From positions 132,494,001 to 132,558,000 of the forward strand of contig OZ024742.1 in NCBI GenBank assembly GCA_964016885.1: a stretch of DNA of 64,000 nt. The letters are read 5' to 3'. A program made the position numbers and the translations under genes. The notes beneath the pieces are model-generated. The model saw only the letters and a program-made list of their open reading frames with translations, had not been told where the DNA came from and did no database searches. Numbering within the stretch: the first letter of the stretch is position 1; every line of letters begins with the position of its first letter. The stretch is from Eledone cirrhosa. Its lineage: Eukaryota. Shown here in pieces: positions 58,926 to 64,000 of the stretch.

Positions 58926-61212
58926 ATGTTTTAACAGAGCTATTCGGAAAAATATATTGCAATCACCATTTCATTTCCATTTCATGACTGATAGGTGAAT
59001 ACATATTTTGAATAGGAATCGACCTGTAAGCTAGAGAGCATAATCTAATATTCCTGTGACAAATAAACCGAAAAAAAAATGCACATTCACATGAGATGAA
59101 AGTTTTTCTTCACTAATTTAATATTTTACCCTAGGATGTGGCTAACACAATACACATTTATAATACGATGAAGGATAATTAATAACATTCACGTAGAAAT
59201 AGCTTAAGTGTCCAGGAAACTAAATAATATGACTCTACATAGTAAAAAGTCTATGTGTAACAGAATACTGTCAAATGACAAAGCTTAAATGTGTTACAAA
59301 AAATGTATAGTAGTTATCGGATATATATTTGCAAACGTTTCTTCAATCTGCAGAAAGACCCAACCGCAATATAGAACCGACACAGGTGACAGAGAAAAAC
59401 ATATCTTACTTATCATGTCTACAGAAATATCAGATAATAGAGGCAAATAAATCTACATACTGTTTCGAAAATGTTCATGGCGATATTATAACAAAATAAA
59501 AAGCAAACAAACTGAATTCTCGCCTGAAAAAGAAAGAAAAACTTGCAGCAGAAGGTCGTCGAGTGGTTAATATGTATGTAATCATGTGTTAATGCAAGAA
59601 ACAGCATATTTTATAGATGTAGGATATGAATAAGTTGGCGTAACATCCCGTTGATTTGTTACGTGAATGGTTTTGTCAGTGATTCAGATTTTCTATAAAG
59701 GAAGTACAAATAACAAGCTAGTTAATAATATACGATATGGAAAATCGAAACTTATTTTACAGAGGTGAAACAAATTCTATATTGATTTTAGAAAGATGAG
59801 AGGAATAATAAAAATAGTTACATTCTTCCCTCGTTCTTTCTCTCTCACTCATTTACTACATTTTCTTCTTAGTGGAAAAACAGCTTTTTACCACTGCATA
59901 GTTGACCTTATGTTCTCTGCTCCTGATGACACAAACGTTACGCTCTATTATACACACAACTTGAATTATGTAGGGAAATTGGTATGAAATTCGGTTTGAA
60001 AACAAAATGTGCTACATTAACATTAGAGACGAAATGTAATAATGAAACACAAAAATTATCCTTTTAGATAAAGGGACATAGAAAAGTTTATTAGATAACA
60101 TATAGATTTATGAATACTTCAATATTAATGAACTACTGCATATTAAAAAACCTACGAATGAAAAAAAGTTAAGAAAGTAATATTAACACGCTACGGGGTC
60201 GATAAAATAAAGTACCAGTATTGCATTGGGTAATTGCTGGCCTTGTGCCAAAAGTAGAAACAATTATATTAATATGCAAAACGTTGTTGTATGCCAAAAT
60301 TATGTTTAACGTTGTCAATATCGTCGTAGCTATAGTAATAAGTTAGGTATTATGATTTACACAAATGGACGTTAAGAATGTTAGAAAGACAGGATGTAAA
60401 AATAAGCAGAATGTTAACTACATTCAGAATTTCTTTCCCTAAGGACGACAGAGAGAGATATGGCGTTTATCACGAATGTGCAGAGAAAGGGATTGAAATA
60501 TCCATTGCGATACTCTAAAGAAAATAACAGAAGTAATACAAATATATTAAAGGCATGAACAAAACAACGATGTATTTCTGCCTTCAGGGAGGCCAACAAA
60601 TATAAAACAGCAGTTGATAAAACGGACAGCTGTGAGGGATATGGCGGAAAACAACAGAATCTCTTAAGAAACTAGCAATTAAAGTGAAGATAGAATTACA
60701 AAAAGTTCATAAGTCATCGGCAAAAAAAAAAAAGAACTTACATATTTCTTACAGTCTGGAAAAAAAAAATTAATTCGATAATGTAAAACTTTGTTACTCT
60801 ATGATAAGTGATAGTAAAACTGATTGCCGATGGCCCCAGGAGGGCTAATATGTCGTCAGGTCTCAGAAAATGTATACGTGAGTATACACTTATGTCAGCC
60901 CCCACACAAAATGATTAAAACAATTCACACTGACAATATTGTGAGTGTAATTTCAAACAAAATGTTTTGTAATCTATGTATCATTTCAAGCACAGGCATT
61001 AACATATAAGAGAAATAAAGAAGCAGCTCAAATTTAATGTAATGTGAATTGAAAATAAAAAAATTCTGAATAATGAAAACACAATCAGTGTCTGTAATAA
61101 TTAAATTTGGAATAAGAAAAATAATTGTGAGAAATATATAATCAAAAATTCAGACGACACTTGCATTGTTTAAGGACAGGCAACGCTACAGCACAGACCC
61201 GCTGGTAACGCT

Positions 61213-61300
<88 letters not shown>

Positions 61301-61329
61301 CTATATGTCTATATATATATATATAGAGA

Positions 61330-62130
61330 GACATATAGACACGCGTCTGCGTGAGTATGCAGGTTCGTACGTATGGAGGGTGTGTGTATATGTGTACTTC
61401 TTGTTTTAGTTGACTTACGTCTCCGAACATTCGTGTATTTATATGTAGGTATGCGTGTGCGCTTGTTATATACGTATTTATTTACTTATATACGTTTATA
61501 TAATTATTTATTTATTTGTACACAAGCATACACACACACACATATTTATATGTGCGTGGTTTTGTATACCTATGGTAAGGTTTTGCGTATGCTTGTGTAT
61601 GTACGTATCTGTTTGCGTGTATGTATTTATTTGTTTCTATTACTTCTGTATTGTATTTATTTACTTTGTTTTTAACTCTGTAGCGGAGATTCATTTGGTC
61701 TCCTAGTTAGAATTTTAGTCTACGACTTCTGCTTACCATTTACGTGATTTTGTCTTTGCGTGCTATTGTTCTCCACGCTCCACATTTGACTTATTATCTT
61801 CGTTTTTTCGTTCATTGCCAGAGAACGTCTCTATGCAGCACCTAAGAGAACATTAGTCTACGACCTCTTTTATTCCATAAACGTGGTTCTGTCTTTGCGC
61901 GTAATTGTTTTTCACCGCTCCTATTAATGACGTATTATTCGTTTTTTCCCGTTCTTTGCCAGGGAACGTTACCACGAACCAAAGTATCGTCTCCTGTCTT
62001 CCTCCGGTTGCAACGTTTTTTTAAATATCCAGTTCTGCGTTTACAGATTGACTTTGTTAGTTTCAGAAGATCCCGTTAAGGGTGAAAGCAGCGATTCTTT
62101 GCTTAAACTTTAATCTGTTATTTTAATAAA
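61330..62130 (+). mobile_element. 3' UTR/pLTR of the 32078-35045 PLE family
   Basis: Colinear with ~34070-34960; HHR at 62059-62109. Confidence 0.88.
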
Positions 62131-62295
62131 TATATATATATATATATATATATCAAGTAAGTATGTTTTGAAACAGTGATCAGGTTTGAAATTAGAAAAT
62201 AGAATAGCTTTCACCGTACTTTTGACTAAAGGTATTTTTTAGCCTGGTAATGGGGTTTAGAACCCTCAGATACATGGCAAAAGATGAGTATTGAC

Positions 62296-62346
<51 letters not shown>

Positions 62347-62349
<3 letters not shown>

Positions 62350-63023
62350 CAATATATTTAGAAACACACAGATACATGCGGACACGCACATATATACATG
62401 AATGCATCCAACTGTAAATTTATTACTAATTATATCTAAATGTTTCCTCTCTCTTCATAATGTATTTTTAACTCTGATACTGGTTCAGTCTAGTTCAACT
62501 GAATTGGTCTGTCCCAGTCATTCATTGAGCAACATCGGTGAAGTTGGCACCCTTAACTCACAGTTGGGTGCGGATGCATTCATGTATATATGTGTGTGTC
62601 CGCATGTATCTGTGTGTTTCTAAATTTATTGTTAATAACTTCCTCTGGTCGAGCAATCTTTACTCATACTTCTCGCCTTCTTCACCACCTCTTCTACGGC
62701 CTCGATATAAATACCCCCTCCGTCTCCGTGGTATTTTCTTCAGGGTTATAAGAGGCTTAGCTCTGTTTCTCGACCGTTATATCGCGTGACTATCTCCCCA
62801 TCCGCCTTTTGGGATTCTTTCTCACGTCGTGTAGACGCGTTCTTGAGACTAGTAAAATGAGGTATCCTCTTGATAAGTCGGCAGACCTCGCAAGGACTCT
62901 ATGTCTTTATGATATATTGTTTTTGTTTATGCCACGAAACTACGTAGTCGAGGAATTTAGGAGCAGTTTAGGTATGATACATTTTATTACTAATTATATC
63001 TAAATGTTTCTTCTCTCTTCATA

Positions 63024-63030
<7 letters not shown>
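62347..63030 (+). mobile_element. Retrozyme-like element, ~564-nt monomer with 5' inversion
   Basis: Terminal direct repeat at 62419 and 62983; 62347-62416 inverted versus ~62560-62636. Confidence 0.8.
62865..62954 (+). ncRNA. Hammerhead with U3-A8 core
   Basis: tcctc-TTGATAA-gtcggca...tgccac-GAA-ACTACGTAGT-C-gagga. Confidence 0.8.
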
Positions 63031-63092
<62 letters not shown>

Positions 63093-63291
63093 ACGAACGA
63101 AGTGTGGTAAGGAACCAGGTGGACCATAACGCACCAAAGTACTCAATACTTAGGGTAGTAGAGTGGGTAATAGGAACTAGTAGCACGCCGACGGCTGAGC
63201 TCAAGCCGTTTCGACGGGTAATTCTGGTCTAAATTAGTCCAGACTTAGCCGTCGAAACGGCTTGAGCTCAGCCGTCGGGGTCCTGCTCGTT

Positions 63292-63333
<42 letters not shown>

Positions 63334-63336
63334 TAA

Positions 63337-63932
<596 letters not shown>

Positions 63933-64000
63933 TCAGAGCAAACAGCACGGACACTCTATCTCAAAATTATTTTTGAAAAGCATTTAAAAATGCGCAACCG

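Overview
AT-rich, microsatellite-saturated eukaryotic DNA with no host protein-coding gene that I can support. The SINE families and repeat landscape suggest an octopus/cephalopod genome (inference). Nearly all ORFs in the track are translations of (TA)n/(CA)n/(TACA)n. The real coding remnants are retroelements: six Penelope-like element (PLE) RT and/or GIY-YIG relics (3650-5710, 15306-18135, 26590-27345, 27570-29120, 32078-35045, 51786-53890), an R4/Dong-type restriction-like endonuclease, an RTE LINE, tRNA-derived SINEs and a probable Helitron. The main signal is over 30 type I hammerhead-ribozyme (HHR) motifs, counted by eye, from at least a dozen sequence families. They sit in PLE pseudo-LTRs and in non-coding 0.1-0.9 kb cassettes stacked inside (TA)n tracts. 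Several cassettes are terminally redundant or circularly permuted monomers (about 418, 468, 484, 485 and 564 nt). Some carry inverted segments that read across the monomer end-to-start junction, as expected for circular or multimeric RNA templates (retrozyme-like). HHR stems covary between families. Variant cores (U3-A8, U4A), large branched stem II insertions and a shared ACTC...GAGT tail hairpin also occur. All coordinates and alignments were read by eye and are approximate.
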